A stretch of 61,551 nucleotides of DNA from Armatimonadetes bacterium 13_1_40CM_64_14 (GCA_001917855.1 MNEU01000063.1:1-61551); one strand, 5' to 3'; numbered from the stretch's first letter, positions 11,570-19,610 are shown. Made by a program: numbers and translations. The notes: a model not told the origin generated them from the letters alone.

Positions 11570-12249
11570 CGGTCACCCTCCGCAGTGGGGCGAGTTGTCG
11601 GCGCGGCCGTCACCGGCGCGCGGATGGTGGCGGTGCGTTTCGTCTGCTCGACCAAAGGCTGCACCACAGCCGCCTTGGTCCGCAGGCTGACGCGGTTGAC
11701 CACGAGGCGGGCGCTGGACTGGAACACTTCAGCGACCTCGGCGAGAAGGTTGTCGCGCAGGGTTTGGCCCGTCATCACCAAATCGACGATCCCATCGGCG
11801 AGCCCCACGCGCGGAGCAAGTTCAACGGACCCGTGCAGATGGACGATCTCGACCGGTCGGCGTTCACGCTCGAAGAATCGCGCCGTGAGGCGAGGGTACT
11901 TTGTCGCGATGCGTAACAAGGTGCCGGGTTGGCGCCACCGCTCCTGCTGCGCTTCCGGCAGGGCCACTACCCCGCGGCAAGATCCAAATCCCAAATCCAC
12001 CAGTTCGTAGACGTCGCGTTCTTGCTCGAGCAGCATATCCTTGCCGACGATTCCCGCATCGGCCGCGCCTTGCTCGACGTACGTGAGGATGTCGGCCGGT
12101 TTGGCGATTAGTACACGTCGTCCATCGGAGGCGGGGAGGACCAAGGTGCGCTCCGTCGGCACAGCAGCGAGCCACCCCACGCGTTGGAGGAGGGCGCATG
12201 TGTCGGCAAACAGCCGACCGGTAGGAATCGCAAGCGTTAGCGGGTCCAT
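11566..12249 (-). CDS. hisG: ATP phosphoribosyltransferase, short (HisZ-dependent) form
   Basis: MDPLTLAIPTGRL start and ~227 aa with no C-terminal regulatory domain. Overlaps the hisZ stop. The ORF extension to 12591 lies inside hisZ. Confidence 0.9.
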   Translation of the reverse strand: MDPLTLAIPTGRLFADTCALLQRVGWLAAVPTERTLVLPASDGRRVLIAKPADILTYVEQGAADAGIVGKDMLLEQERDVYELVDLGFGSCRGVVALPEAQQERWRQPGTLLRIATKYPRLTARFFERERRPVEIVHLHGSVELAPRVGLADGIVDLVMTGQTLRDNLLAEVAEVFQSSARLVVNRVSLRTKAAVVQPLVEQTKRTATIRAPVTAAPTTRPTAEGDR

Positions 12250-13511
12250 TCGCTCACCCGGTCCCCAGACGGTGTGCCGAGGACAGCAATCAGCGTGGCG
12301 CGGTCCACCAGCCGCTGCGTCTCGGTGCGCATGTCCTGCAAGACGATCCCGTCGACTGTCATGCGCACGACCCACTGGTAGCTGTTCCGTTGTGCCGTGA
12401 TCGGCGCGTCGTCTGCCGCGCCGAGGATTAAGACGCTCACGCCTCGGCGCCGCAGGTCTGTTGCTATCTGGATCGCGTCTGAACGCTGCGACGGATCGGC
12501 GACCAAGACGACTGCGATGGAGACATCCCCATCGGTGGGGAGAACACTGAGCACCCGGTCGAGTCCCAGCGCGAACCCTGTAGCCGGACACTCGGCCCCG
12601 AACCGGCCGAGCAACGTGTCATAGCGGCCACCCCCCGCCAGTGGGTAGCCCGACCCGGCCCCGTATGCTTCAAAGACCACGCCCGTGTAGTAACTGAAGT
12701 CGCGGATGATACTCAGGTCAAACCGCACGATATCGGCCAGCCCATAGTCCCGCAGGCGTGCCATCAGAGTCTCGAGGTCCGCAAGCGCAGCGAGGCTGCG
12801 CGCGGAGGTCGCAAAGGGAGTGGCGCGGGTGACGGCATCGTCCCCGTGCAGATCCGGCAACAGCCGCAGCAAACCAGCGAGCGACGGGTCGGGGATGGCA
12901 TGCTCGATGCCGGCGAACTCTTTGCGATACAATCGCGCGCGAATCTCGTCTTGCGTATCGGCGGGCAGCGCGGCCAGCAAGTCGTCGAAAAAACCCAGAT
13001 GGCCGACGTGCACGACTGCATCAGGAACCCCAGCCCGCCGCAGACACGTCGCCGCGAGCGCGATGACTTCGGCGTCGGCGTCCAGGGTGCCCTCCCCCAG
13101 CAATTCCACTCCCGCCTGCGTGAACGCGCGTAGCTGGGTGCGCCCCTCATTCTGCCCCCGAAAGACGTCTGCCACGTACGACAATCGCAGCGGGCTCGCA
13201 GTTTGTGGCAGGAGTCGGGTGGCCGCCAGGCGCGCGATCGGCACGGTCATCTCCGGCCGGAGGACCAACAGTTCCCCACCGGTATCCACGATCTTGAACA
13301 GGTGATCTTGGATACCCGCACCGGCCCCGCGCACAATCGTCTCGAGGTACTCGACGGGGGGCGTGCGGACTTCAGCGTATCCCCAGCGCATGAACTCACT
13401 GCGCACGGAGGCAGCAAGGGCGCTGTGCCGCGCCGCCTCCGGCGCGGCGTAGTCGCGCACCCCGGCCGGCACCTGCTGCCACCGCCCATTCAGGGGAGAG
13501 CGGACGCGCAT
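12237..13511 (-). CDS. hisZ: ATP phosphoribosyltransferase regulatory subunit (HisRS paralog)
   Basis: 424-aa class II aaRS-like core, first gene of the his operon, paired with a short-form HisG. Confidence 0.88.
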   Translation of the reverse strand: MRVRSPLNGRWQQVPAGVRDYAAPEAARHSALAASVRSEFMRWGYAEVRTPPVEYLETIVRGAGAGIQDHLFKIVDTGGELLVLRPEMTVPIARLAATRLLPQTASPLRLSYVADVFRGQNEGRTQLRAFTQAGVELLGEGTLDADAEVIALAATCLRRAGVPDAVVHVGHLGFFDDLLAALPADTQDEIRARLYRKEFAGIEHAIPDPSLAGLLRLLPDLHGDDAVTRATPFATSARSLAALADLETLMARLRDYGLADIVRFDLSIIRDFSYYTGVVFEAYGAGSGYPLAGGGRYDTLLGRFGAECPATGFALGLDRVLSVLPTDGDVSIAVVLVADPSQRSDAIQIATDLRRRGVSVLILGAADDAPITAQRNSYQWVVRMTVDGIVLQDMRTETQRLVDRATLIAVLGTPSGDRVSEWTR

Positions 13512-13588
13512 GCTCTTTTCTCCTTTATCTAGGTAAAGTGGTAGTGTGAGAAACTGCAGATCAGCCTACCATGCTTGGCAGGCGGCTG

Positions 13589-13924
13589 TCAACGCGGGGG
13601 GCTGGCGGGGCGGGCCCCCAGGCGGCTGAGGACCAGGCGGTAGCCGTCGGCGCCATACTCGAGGAAGCGGCGGACCCGGCTGATCGTTGCACTGCTGGCG
13701 CGGACGCGCTGTTCAACCTCCTCGTAGGTGCGCCCGGTGAACAGCAACCGCGCGATCTCCAGCCGCTGGGCCAGGGCCTTCACCTCCCCGATGGTGCACA
13801 CGTCTTCGAGGAAGCGGTAGCACTCCTCAACGGTCTTCAGCGTGAGCAGAGCCCGGCACAGCTGGTCGACCTGCGCATCTTTGAGTTTCGGATTTACCGC
13901 GGGGCGACTGTGACTCGTGGGCAT
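13589..13924 (-). CDS. TrpR-like YerC/YecD family DNA-binding protein (candidate histidine-operon regulator)
   Basis: 111 aa with the pattern LLTLKTVEECYRFLEDVCTIGEVKALAQRLEIARLL..G.TY.E.....AS.ATISRV, typical of YerC/YecD. Sits directly upstream of hisZ on the same strand. Confidence 0.75.
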   Translation of the reverse strand: MPTSHSRPAVNPKLKDAQVDQLCRALLTLKTVEECYRFLEDVCTIGEVKALAQRLEIARLLFTGRTYEEVEQRVRASSATISRVRRFLEYGADGYRLVLSRLGARPASPPR

Positions 13925-14113
13925 GCCATACTCCCTTCGGCGCGCTCTACTCCTTCACTCTTGCAAGGCATCCCCCTCTGTTCGAGTCGCCTTCGGTGTG
14001 ATCCCCGAGCACATCGGAGCGCGGACCCCGGGCGAGCTCGCAGAACCGAGAAACGGGGCGAAATTGGGCGCTAGCGCGCGTGCGAGAGAGCCAGCATCCG
14101 ACAACGGCGGATA

Positions 14114-14127
14114 CGTACGAAAGTTCG
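14114..14127 (+). promoter_or_regulatory. putative LexA operator (SOS box) CGTACGAAAGTTCG
   Basis: One mismatch from the Gram-positive Cheo-box core CGAAC-N4-GTTCG. Lies in the yerC/lexA intergenic region. Confidence 0.5.
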
Positions 14128-14161
14128 GTATCATAGCATCCCTACGCGGCCTGCTTGGGCT

Positions 14162-14191
14162 TTGATAGTCGTACATACGTTCGCCTATTAT
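14162..14191 (+). promoter_or_regulatory. lexA promoter: TTGATA-N18-TATTAT with SOS box CGTACATACGTTCG (14170-14183) in the spacer
   Basis: The -35/-10 hexamers and the box are read directly. The -10 lies 19 nt upstream of the lexA ATG. Confidence 0.6.
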
Positions 14192-14209
14192 GGTGGCAGG
14201 GGTGAGACC

Positions 14210-14863
14210 ATGGCTGCTTCGCTTACTGATAGGCAGAGACAGGTTCTTGAGCACATCGCCGCATCCATCCGGCGCAATGGCATCGTCCCATCCGTCCGCG
14301 AGATCGGGCAGGCGTTAGGGATGCGCTCGCCGTCCACAGTCCACCAGCACCTCACCGCCTTGGAGCGCAAAGGGTACATCAAACGGGACGGCGACCGGAT
14401 GCGGGTGCTGGAGATTTTGGATCAGCGGATTCTTCTCGACGGCAACCTCGTGTCGCACCTGCCCCTCGTGGGGCGCGTGTCCGCCGGCGTGCCCATCCTG
14501 GCCGAGCAGAACATCGAGGAAATGATTCCCGTTCCCCGCACGATGGTTGGCTGGCAGGACGAGAACTGTTTCTTGCTGACGGTGCGCGGCGACAGCATGA
14601 TCGACGCCGGCATCCACGAGGGCGATATGGTAGTCGTCCGGTCACAGCCGAGTGCGGATCCAGGAGAGATTGTGGTGGCGCTGCTCGGGGAGGAGGCGAC
14701 CGTGAAGCGGTTGGCCATCCAGGACCAGCGCGTGTGCCTGATGCCCGCGAACCCGCGCTACAGCCCGATCCTTGACCACTTTGAGATTATCGGGAAGGTT
14801 GTGGGGCTCCTGCGCCGTTACGGGGGAAGCCGCATGCCGCGCCATGGCGCAGGACTCTCATGA
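14210..14863 (+). CDS. lexA: LexA repressor (SOS regulator, S24 self-cleaving peptidase)
   Basis: Winged HTH (LTDRQRQVLEHI..., SVREIG), Ala-Gly cleavage site (VSAGVP), catalytic GDSM Ser and VKRL Lys. Confidence 0.93.
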   Translation: MAASLTDRQRQVLEHIAASIRRNGIVPSVREIGQALGMRSPSTVHQHLTALERKGYIKRDGDRMRVLEILDQRILLDGNLVSHLPLVGRVSAGVPILAEQNIEEMIPVPRTMVGWQDENCFLLTVRGDSMIDAGIHEGDMVVVRSQPSADPGEIVVALLGEEATVKRLAIQDQRVCLMPANPRYSPILDHFEIIGKVVGLLRRYGGSRMPRHGAGLS

Positions 14864-15072
14864 GCGTCCGGGCGGTGGCGATCCGCGGGACGAAGTCGGC
14901 CCGGCTGCGTGTGCTGCCACGCACGCTATCCGCGCCGGCAGCAGAGACAACCTGGCGCCCTCGGCTCAGTTTGATGGCGCGGCTGCTGGATGACCACGAC
15001 CTCGTCAACGTGAAGCTGGTGTTGGTGACCCTGCTGCTCATTGTGGCGATGGCATTGGAGGTGCCCTGGTAG
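14860..15072 (+). CDS. small Arg-rich protein with a C-terminal transmembrane helix (70 aa), hypothetical
   Basis: ATGA overlap with the lexA stop and TAGTG overlap with the next start. Very high GC3 in this frame. C-terminal VKLVLVTLLLIVAMAL helix. Confidence 0.5.
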   Translation: MSVRAVAIRGTKSARLRVLPRTLSAPAAETTWRPRLSLMARLLDDHDLVNVKLVLVTLLLIVAMALEVPW

Positions 15073-15554
15073 TGGTTCACGCCGTGCAAGTCTACACGTG
15101 TGTGACCACGCGAGATGGACGCGCCGCGCTTGGCGTGGTGATCCGCGACGTGGATGGCCAAGTGCTGCGCGTCAGCGGCCGCGCCATCGGAGACGCATCC
15201 CTCGAGGTCGCTTCCTACCGCGCCGTCTTGCACGGTGTCTGGCGCGCTAAACGGTTGGGTGCGCAGCGCGTGCGGGTCTTCACCGAGAATCCCGAGATCG
15301 TCGCGCAGCTCGAGGGCCACGACGAGGTGCCGGCGGACTTGATCGGCCTGTATCTGCAGACGAAAGCCATGCTGAATGCGTATCGGTGGAGTCGTGTTGA
15401 GCTGATCGTCCGGGACCTCAATGCCGACGCCGCGCTCGCGGCGGCGGGATCCTTAGAGCAGGCGACGGCACCGACGGGTGCCGCAGACGAGGATGACCTG
15501 GACCTGCCCTTGTGGCGCTGGGCGGAGGACGCAGCCGCCGGCGCGAGCCGCTAG
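15072..15554 (+). CDS. RNase H-like (RVT_3 / RNase HI fold) domain protein, catalytic residues apparently degenerate
   Basis: Pattern ..GVVIRD..G......IG...........YRAVLHG...A..LG...V.V.TE...IV.QL.. resembles the RNase H-like domain family. Start is coupled to the upstream small ORF. Confidence 0.6.
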   Translation: MVHAVQVYTCVTTRDGRAALGVVIRDVDGQVLRVSGRAIGDASLEVASYRAVLHGVWRAKRLGAQRVRVFTENPEIVAQLEGHDEVPADLIGLYLQTKAMLNAYRWSRVELIVRDLNADAALAAAGSLEQATAPTGAADEDDLDLPLWRWAEDAAAGASR

Positions 15555-15673
15555 CGCCCCGTTAGCGTAATTCTTTCTCCATTGCATAGATCGCGAATCC
15601 GTGCCGGACCCATCGTGCGTCGCGTGCACAGGGACTCCCGCTGGGAAGTGGAAATCCCGGGGCGGAGGCAGCG

Positions 15674-16195
15674 ATGGACACGGCCGCGATCCAACCGCTC
15701 CTGGATGAAGGCGAACGCCTGTTGGAGCGTGGCGACCTCGAAGCCGCCGAGCGAACGTTTCGCCGCGCCGTGCTCACCGCACCGGACTCCGCTGTTGCCC
15801 ACAGCAAACTCGGAGTCGCGCTGGCTCAGCAGGGCCGAGCCGATGAGGCGATTGCAGAATTCACCACAGCCGTCGCGCTCCAACCCACCTACGCGCCAGC
15901 GTACAGCAACCTCGGCAACGTCTACCGCGAAGAAGGCATGCTCGCCGAGGCGCTGGCGGCTTACGAACGGGCCTTAGCGATCGATCCCGAGTACTGGATC
16001 GCCCACAGAAACCTCGGCATTCTTTACAAGCAAATGGGGCGGCTCGTGGACGCGGTCGAACACTTCAAGAAGGCCACACGACTGTCCGTGCGGCCCCCGA
16101 CCGACACCGCCAAGCGGCGGGGCTGCTTAGCTGCGCCGGCAGTTCTCCTCGCAGGTGTGGTGCTAGCGGCCGCGCTTGCGCGCCACCTGCTGTGA
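15674..16195 (+). CDS. TPR-repeat protein with a C-terminal membrane anchor
   Basis: About four 34-residue TPR units (A..Y.NLGNVY...G...EA...YERAL..DP) and a hydrophobic tail LAAPAVLLAGVVLAAALA. GGAGG RBS. Confidence 0.75.
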   Translation: MDTAAIQPLLDEGERLLERGDLEAAERTFRRAVLTAPDSAVAHSKLGVALAQQGRADEAIAEFTTAVALQPTYAPAYSNLGNVYREEGMLAEALAAYERALAIDPEYWIAHRNLGILYKQMGRLVDAVEHFKKATRLSVRPPTDTAKRRGCLAAPAVLLAGVVLAAALARHLL

Positions 16196-16243
16196 GAGGC
16201 GATGGGGAGTCTCCGCCGCTTCTCGGCTCCGCTACAGTCAGGT

Positions 16244-16684
16244 CTACTTGGTACTGAGGCACGTCTTGCGATACCATTCCTCAGCGTATTTACGATCGTA
16301 TGCCTTATCTGGAGGCAATTGTACCCTGCCCGCCAACAGATCTCCCACGAACTTACACGACGATAGAAGAAGATCCCGAGCAAATTTTTGTAGATTTGCT
16401 ACTTCGGCGCGAATTGCGGGGTCCGCGCAGGTGACGGCTATCGTGTCAAATGGAATCTTCAGTACGCCGCTTGAAGAGCCCTCGTACTCTATTATCATGA
16501 TCTTGTTCCCGTTAGCATCAAGAGCGGTGCCAACCTGATGGACTTCCGTCCCTTCAGGCAGATGGTAATCCCCACAAATGGCTCCTGGGAGGACAGCGGC
16601 CGAGCCTGGAGTGTTGAGCATAACGCCAATGGCAACGCCGACTGCCGCGGTCACCTTAAGCACGCCCCACTTTCCTCCGCGCAT
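16244..16684 (-). CDS. hypothetical secreted protein (signal peptide, 4 Cys), in a low-GC islet
   Basis: ATG at 16684 preceded by GGAGAGGTG. N-terminal KWGVLKVTAAVGVAIGVML..GSAA signal-like segment. I recognise no family. Confidence 0.55.
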   Translation of the reverse strand: MRGGKWGVLKVTAAVGVAIGVMLNTPGSAAVLPGAICGDYHLPEGTEVHQVGTALDANGNKIMIIEYEGSSSGVLKIPFDTIAVTCADPAIRAEVANLQKFARDLLLSSCKFVGDLLAGRVQLPPDKAYDRKYAEEWYRKTCLSTK

Positions 16685-16957
16685 CGTCACCTCTCCCTGA
16701 TCCAATTTGGCCTAATTGCCTTCCACTCTTCTCTTGATGAACCAGAGATCGCTAGCCGCGCCCCACTGGTCCAGACAACCCCGACCGAATACGCCTGCAT
16801 CGGGTAGGCTCGGTGCACTAACCCATGCAGGTTGTAATTCGCCGCGTTAGGTCCAGCAACCAGGAGTGACGGTACGCCTTTGATGTGGGGAGGCCCTGAA
16901 TTCTTGAACGCAGGGAAACGGGAGCACATCCTGCCGGAAGCTTTCGTGCGGTTATTG

Positions 16958-17323
16958 TTAGCCTCTCATGAAGTTTCTGTAGGCGAGCAGGTCAAAGTAA
17001 ATGGTCAGCTTGGCCAGTCTTCCGTCCTTAATCTCCCAGACTTCGGCGACATCTTGCCGCATCTTTTGTCCCTTCGGATTCACATAGTCGTAGCCGACCA
17101 CTGCGCAAGCCCTCTCACCCTCTGCAATCATTTGCTTTACTCTTACTCCCTCCACTCCCTTGAGGAACGGAACGAACGACTGAATGACGGCCGTTTTCCC
17201 TGTTGCGTTTAAGGTCTGGGACGCGTCAGAAAAAACAGCGTCGGTGGAGTAGAGGTTTTGCCATTTGTCGTCTTTTCGATCCAAGCTATCATAGTAACTT
17301 TGGACGAGTTCCCTGGTTGACAC
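16958..17323 (-). CDS. SnoaL-like / NTF2-fold (ketosteroid isomerase-like) protein
   Basis: 121 aa with the pattern ELVQSYYDSL...D......L...DAVF...........G...I..F and EVWEIKDGRLAKL, typical of SnoaL_2 proteins. Confidence 0.7.
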   Translation of the reverse strand: MSTRELVQSYYDSLDRKDDKWQNLYSTDAVFSDASQTLNATGKTAVIQSFVPFLKGVEGVRVKQMIAEGERACAVVGYDYVNPKGQKMRQDVAEVWEIKDGRLAKLTIYFDLLAYRNFMRG

Positions 17324-17616
17324 CGGTCTTCACCTTGTGGATTTCTTTTGATCCCAGATTACATCGTCTGATGTCATTTTGTCAGACCTTGCTCGCGCTC
17401 GCCTCCAAGAGGAGCGACCTGACGGGTGCGTCAGGGTTTGGCGTCATCGTTCCGAACGGTTCCCAGGATGGCGACCGCCATGCGCTCAGGGTAAGGTAGT
17501 TCAGGGACAACTAACCTCCCCGGGCCCGAGCAAATGGGCCTCTGTCCGTTCGCGCGACTGCGTTTCAGACGGGAAGGGCGGTGTTGGAAGCAGGACAACT
17601 TTTGTGCGAAAGCTAG

Positions 17617-17643
17617 TTGACGCTCAAGGGTGCGCGGTATAAT
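17617..17643 (+). promoter_or_regulatory. candidate sigma-70-type promoter of trxA (TTGACG-N15-TATAAT; alternative -35 TAGTTG at N18)
   Basis: Hexamers read directly, 83 nt upstream of the trxA ATG. Spacer length is suboptimal. Confidence 0.35.
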
Positions 17644-17725
17644 GCGGTGGCGGCCTCAGGGAATAGGGCTGGTGGCGAATCCGTTCCAAGAAGTGGCGCA
17701 GGATCGTCCGTCAGGAGGTTAGGAT

Positions 17726-18064
17726 ATGGCAAAGCCAGTGCACGTGACAGAACAGGATTTCGAGACACAGGTCCTGAAAGCGCAAGAGCCTGTGCTGGTA
17801 GATTTCTGGGCGGAGTGGTGCGCGCCGTGCCGGATGATTGCCCCGATCGTCGAGGATCTGGCGCAAGAGTATGACGGTAAGGTGAAGGTCGCGAAGGTGG
17901 ACGTCGACGAGGCCAGCGGTATTGCCAACCGCTACGGGATCATGAGCATTCCCACCCTGGCGATCTTCAAGGGTGGCGAGATGGTGGAGCGCTTGGTGGG
18001 CTACTTGCCCAAGCCGGAGCTGAAGCGGCGGCTGGAGCGCACACTCGGGGCAACGGTTAGCTGA
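17726..18064 (+). CDS. trxA: thioredoxin
   Basis: 112 aa with VLVDFWAEWCAPCRM active site (CAPC variant of CGPC) and cis-Pro IPT. AGGAGG RBS. Confidence 0.93.
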   Translation: MAKPVHVTEQDFETQVLKAQEPVLVDFWAEWCAPCRMIAPIVEDLAQEYDGKVKVAKVDVDEASGIANRYGIMSIPTLAIFKGGEMVERLVGYLPKPELKRRLERTLGATVS

Positions 18065-18093
18065 TCGGCAGGGCGGGCAGGCTCGGCAGCCAT

Positions 18094-18126
18094 GTGGGTG
18101 GCATCCCCAAGCGGGGTGTCACCCAC
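18094..18126. terminator. GC-rich hairpin between convergent trxA and trxB (possible bidirectional terminator)
   Basis: GTGGGTG...CCCCaagcGGGG...CACCCAC nested inverted repeat. No clear U-tract. Confidence 0.4.
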
Positions 18127-18144
18127 ACGCATTTCACGGAGTGT

Positions 18145-19101
18145 CTAGGAGGAGGTCTTTGAACGGTGCGCCGGGAGGGCCATGTCCCCTTGGCGCTGTA
18201 ACCAGCGGTCGGCGTCGATCGCGGCCTCGCACCCATACCCAGCAGCCGTGACGGCCTGCCGGTAGGTGTGATCGTGCACATCGCCGGCCACGAAGACACC
18301 TTCGACGCTAGTGCTGGACCGCTGCTTACGGGTGATGTAACCGTTGTCGTCCATCTCCAGCTGCCCGCGGAACAAATCCGTGTTGGGGCGGTGGCCGATG
18401 GCCACGAAGACCCCGTCCACCGGGCGTTCCACGATTTGTCCGGTCTTCAGGTTCTTAAGCTTCGCGGCGTGGACTTTCCCATCGCCCACAAGATCTGCCA
18501 CGGCGTGGCTCCACAGAAAGCTGATGGTCGGATTGGTCCGGGCGCGCTCAGCGAGAATCTTGCTGGCCTTCAGCTGATCCCGCCGGTGTACGACCGTGAC
18601 CGATTGCGCCAGCTTGGCGAGATACAGCGCTTCTTCCATCGCGGTGTCGCCGCCCCCGACCACCAAGACGTCGCGCCCGCGGAAGAAAAAGCCGTCGCAG
18701 GTGGCACAGGTGCTGACCCCGCGGCCCAGCAGTTGTTGCTCCCGCGGGAGACCCAGCAGTTTCGCTTTGGCGCCGGTGGCGATGATCAACGCTTGGGTTT
18801 CGTGCGTTTGGCCGTTTGCGCTGGTGACACGAAAGGGGCGCTGCGTGAGATCGACCGCCGTCGCGTCCTCGTTGATGAACTCCGCGCCAATCCGTTCGGC
18901 CTGCGTGCGCATCGCCGCCATGAGAGTAGGGCCGAGAATGGGATCGGCGAATCCCGGGTAGTTTTCGACATCGGTCGTCAGCATCAACTGCCCCCCCGCC
19001 TCGGCCCCGGCGAAGACCAGAGGGTGCAGAGCGGCCCGCGTCGCGTAGATGGCGGCGGTCAACCCGGCCGACCCAGATCCTAACACAATGACTTGGCGCA
19101 T
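18145..19101 (-). CDS. trxB: thioredoxin-disulfide reductase
   Basis: FAD motif VLGSGSAGLTAA, redox-active CATCDG, NADPH motif GGGDTAMEEA. ATG at 19101 preceded by AGGTGA. Confidence 0.93.
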   Translation of the reverse strand: MRQVIVLGSGSAGLTAAIYATRAALHPLVFAGAEAGGQLMLTTDVENYPGFADPILGPTLMAAMRTQAERIGAEFINEDATAVDLTQRPFRVTSANGQTHETQALIIATGAKAKLLGLPREQQLLGRGVSTCATCDGFFFRGRDVLVVGGGDTAMEEALYLAKLAQSVTVVHRRDQLKASKILAERARTNPTISFLWSHAVADLVGDGKVHAAKLKNLKTGQIVERPVDGVFVAIGHRPNTDLFRGQLEMDDNGYITRKQRSSTSVEGVFVAGDVHDHTYRQAVTAAGYGCEAAIDADRWLQRQGDMALPAHRSKTSS

Positions 19102-19220
19102 TGGAATCACCTGCACTGTTTAGAACGTTGGGGAGGACGGGCACTATTCCCCCCCGCCTCAGCGGTGGCCGAGGGGAGGGTTCGCCAGGGATGGGGCCCT
19201 CCCTCGCCCGAGGAGGCGAC

Positions 19221-19258
19221 CTTGACAATATCGCTGTCAGGATACTTGACAATGTCAG
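19221..19258 (+). promoter_or_regulatory. HAIR-like inverted repeats (putative HspR operators) overlapping -35-like TTGACA hexamers
   Basis: CTTGACA-N7-TGTCAGG (19221-19241), same 7-N7-7 layout as HAIR CTTGAGT-N7-ACTCAAG. Second copy CTTGACAATGTCAG (19245-19258). Possible -10 TACAGT at 19269-19274. Confidence 0.5.
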
Positions 19259-19283
19259 TGCCGGTGAATACAGTGAAAGTGGA

Positions 19284-19610
19284 ATGAGTCGCGTCCGGTC
19301 TCGCAACAACAACGCACCTGTCTACGTGATCAGTATCGCTGCGGATTTGCTGGGCCTGCACCCTCGGACGTTACGGATCTACGAGGAGAAGGGGCTGGTG
19401 CAGCCGGCGCGGCGCCACCAACAGCGGTTGTACTCGGACCGCGACCTGGAGCGGGTGCGGATGATTCGGCACCTGACCCAGGAGGTGGGACTCAATTTAG
19501 TCGGTGTGCGGTTGGTCTTAGAGATGTACGAGCGGGTGGAGTACCAAGGGTCGAAGGATGCGGTCTCGTGGGTATTCGAGCGTACAATGCGAAGGAGGCG
19601 AGCACCATGA
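19284..19610 (+). CDS. hspR: MerR-family heat-shock repressor HspR
   Basis: MerR HTH (YVISIAADLLGLHPRTLRIYEEKGL..P.R......LYS..DL.R...I..L). Heads a chaperone cluster. ATG at 19284. Confidence 0.85.
   Translation: MSRVRSRNNNAPVYVISIAADLLGLHPRTLRIYEEKGLVQPARRHQQRLYSDRDLERVRMIRHLTQEVGLNLVGVRLVLEMYERVEYQGSKDAVSWVFERTMRRRRAP

Noticed and set aside
16687-16929. 80-aa minus-strand ORF in the gap between the SnoaL-like gene and the secreted-protein gene.
   Set aside because: It overlaps the start region of the 16244-16684 gene, has no RBS and no recognisable motifs, and its codon usage is not distinctive.
17324-17616. The 402-nt gap upstream of trxA contains four TCAGGG hexamers (near 17424, 17485, 17500, 17655) and a GGAAGCAGG stretch faintly reminiscent of SRP RNA.
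   Set aside because: The hexamer spacing is irregular and the flanks are not similar. I could draw no SRP, 6S or riboswitch-like fold by hand. It may simply be the decayed edge of the low-GC islet. Worth an Rfam scan, but not reportable.
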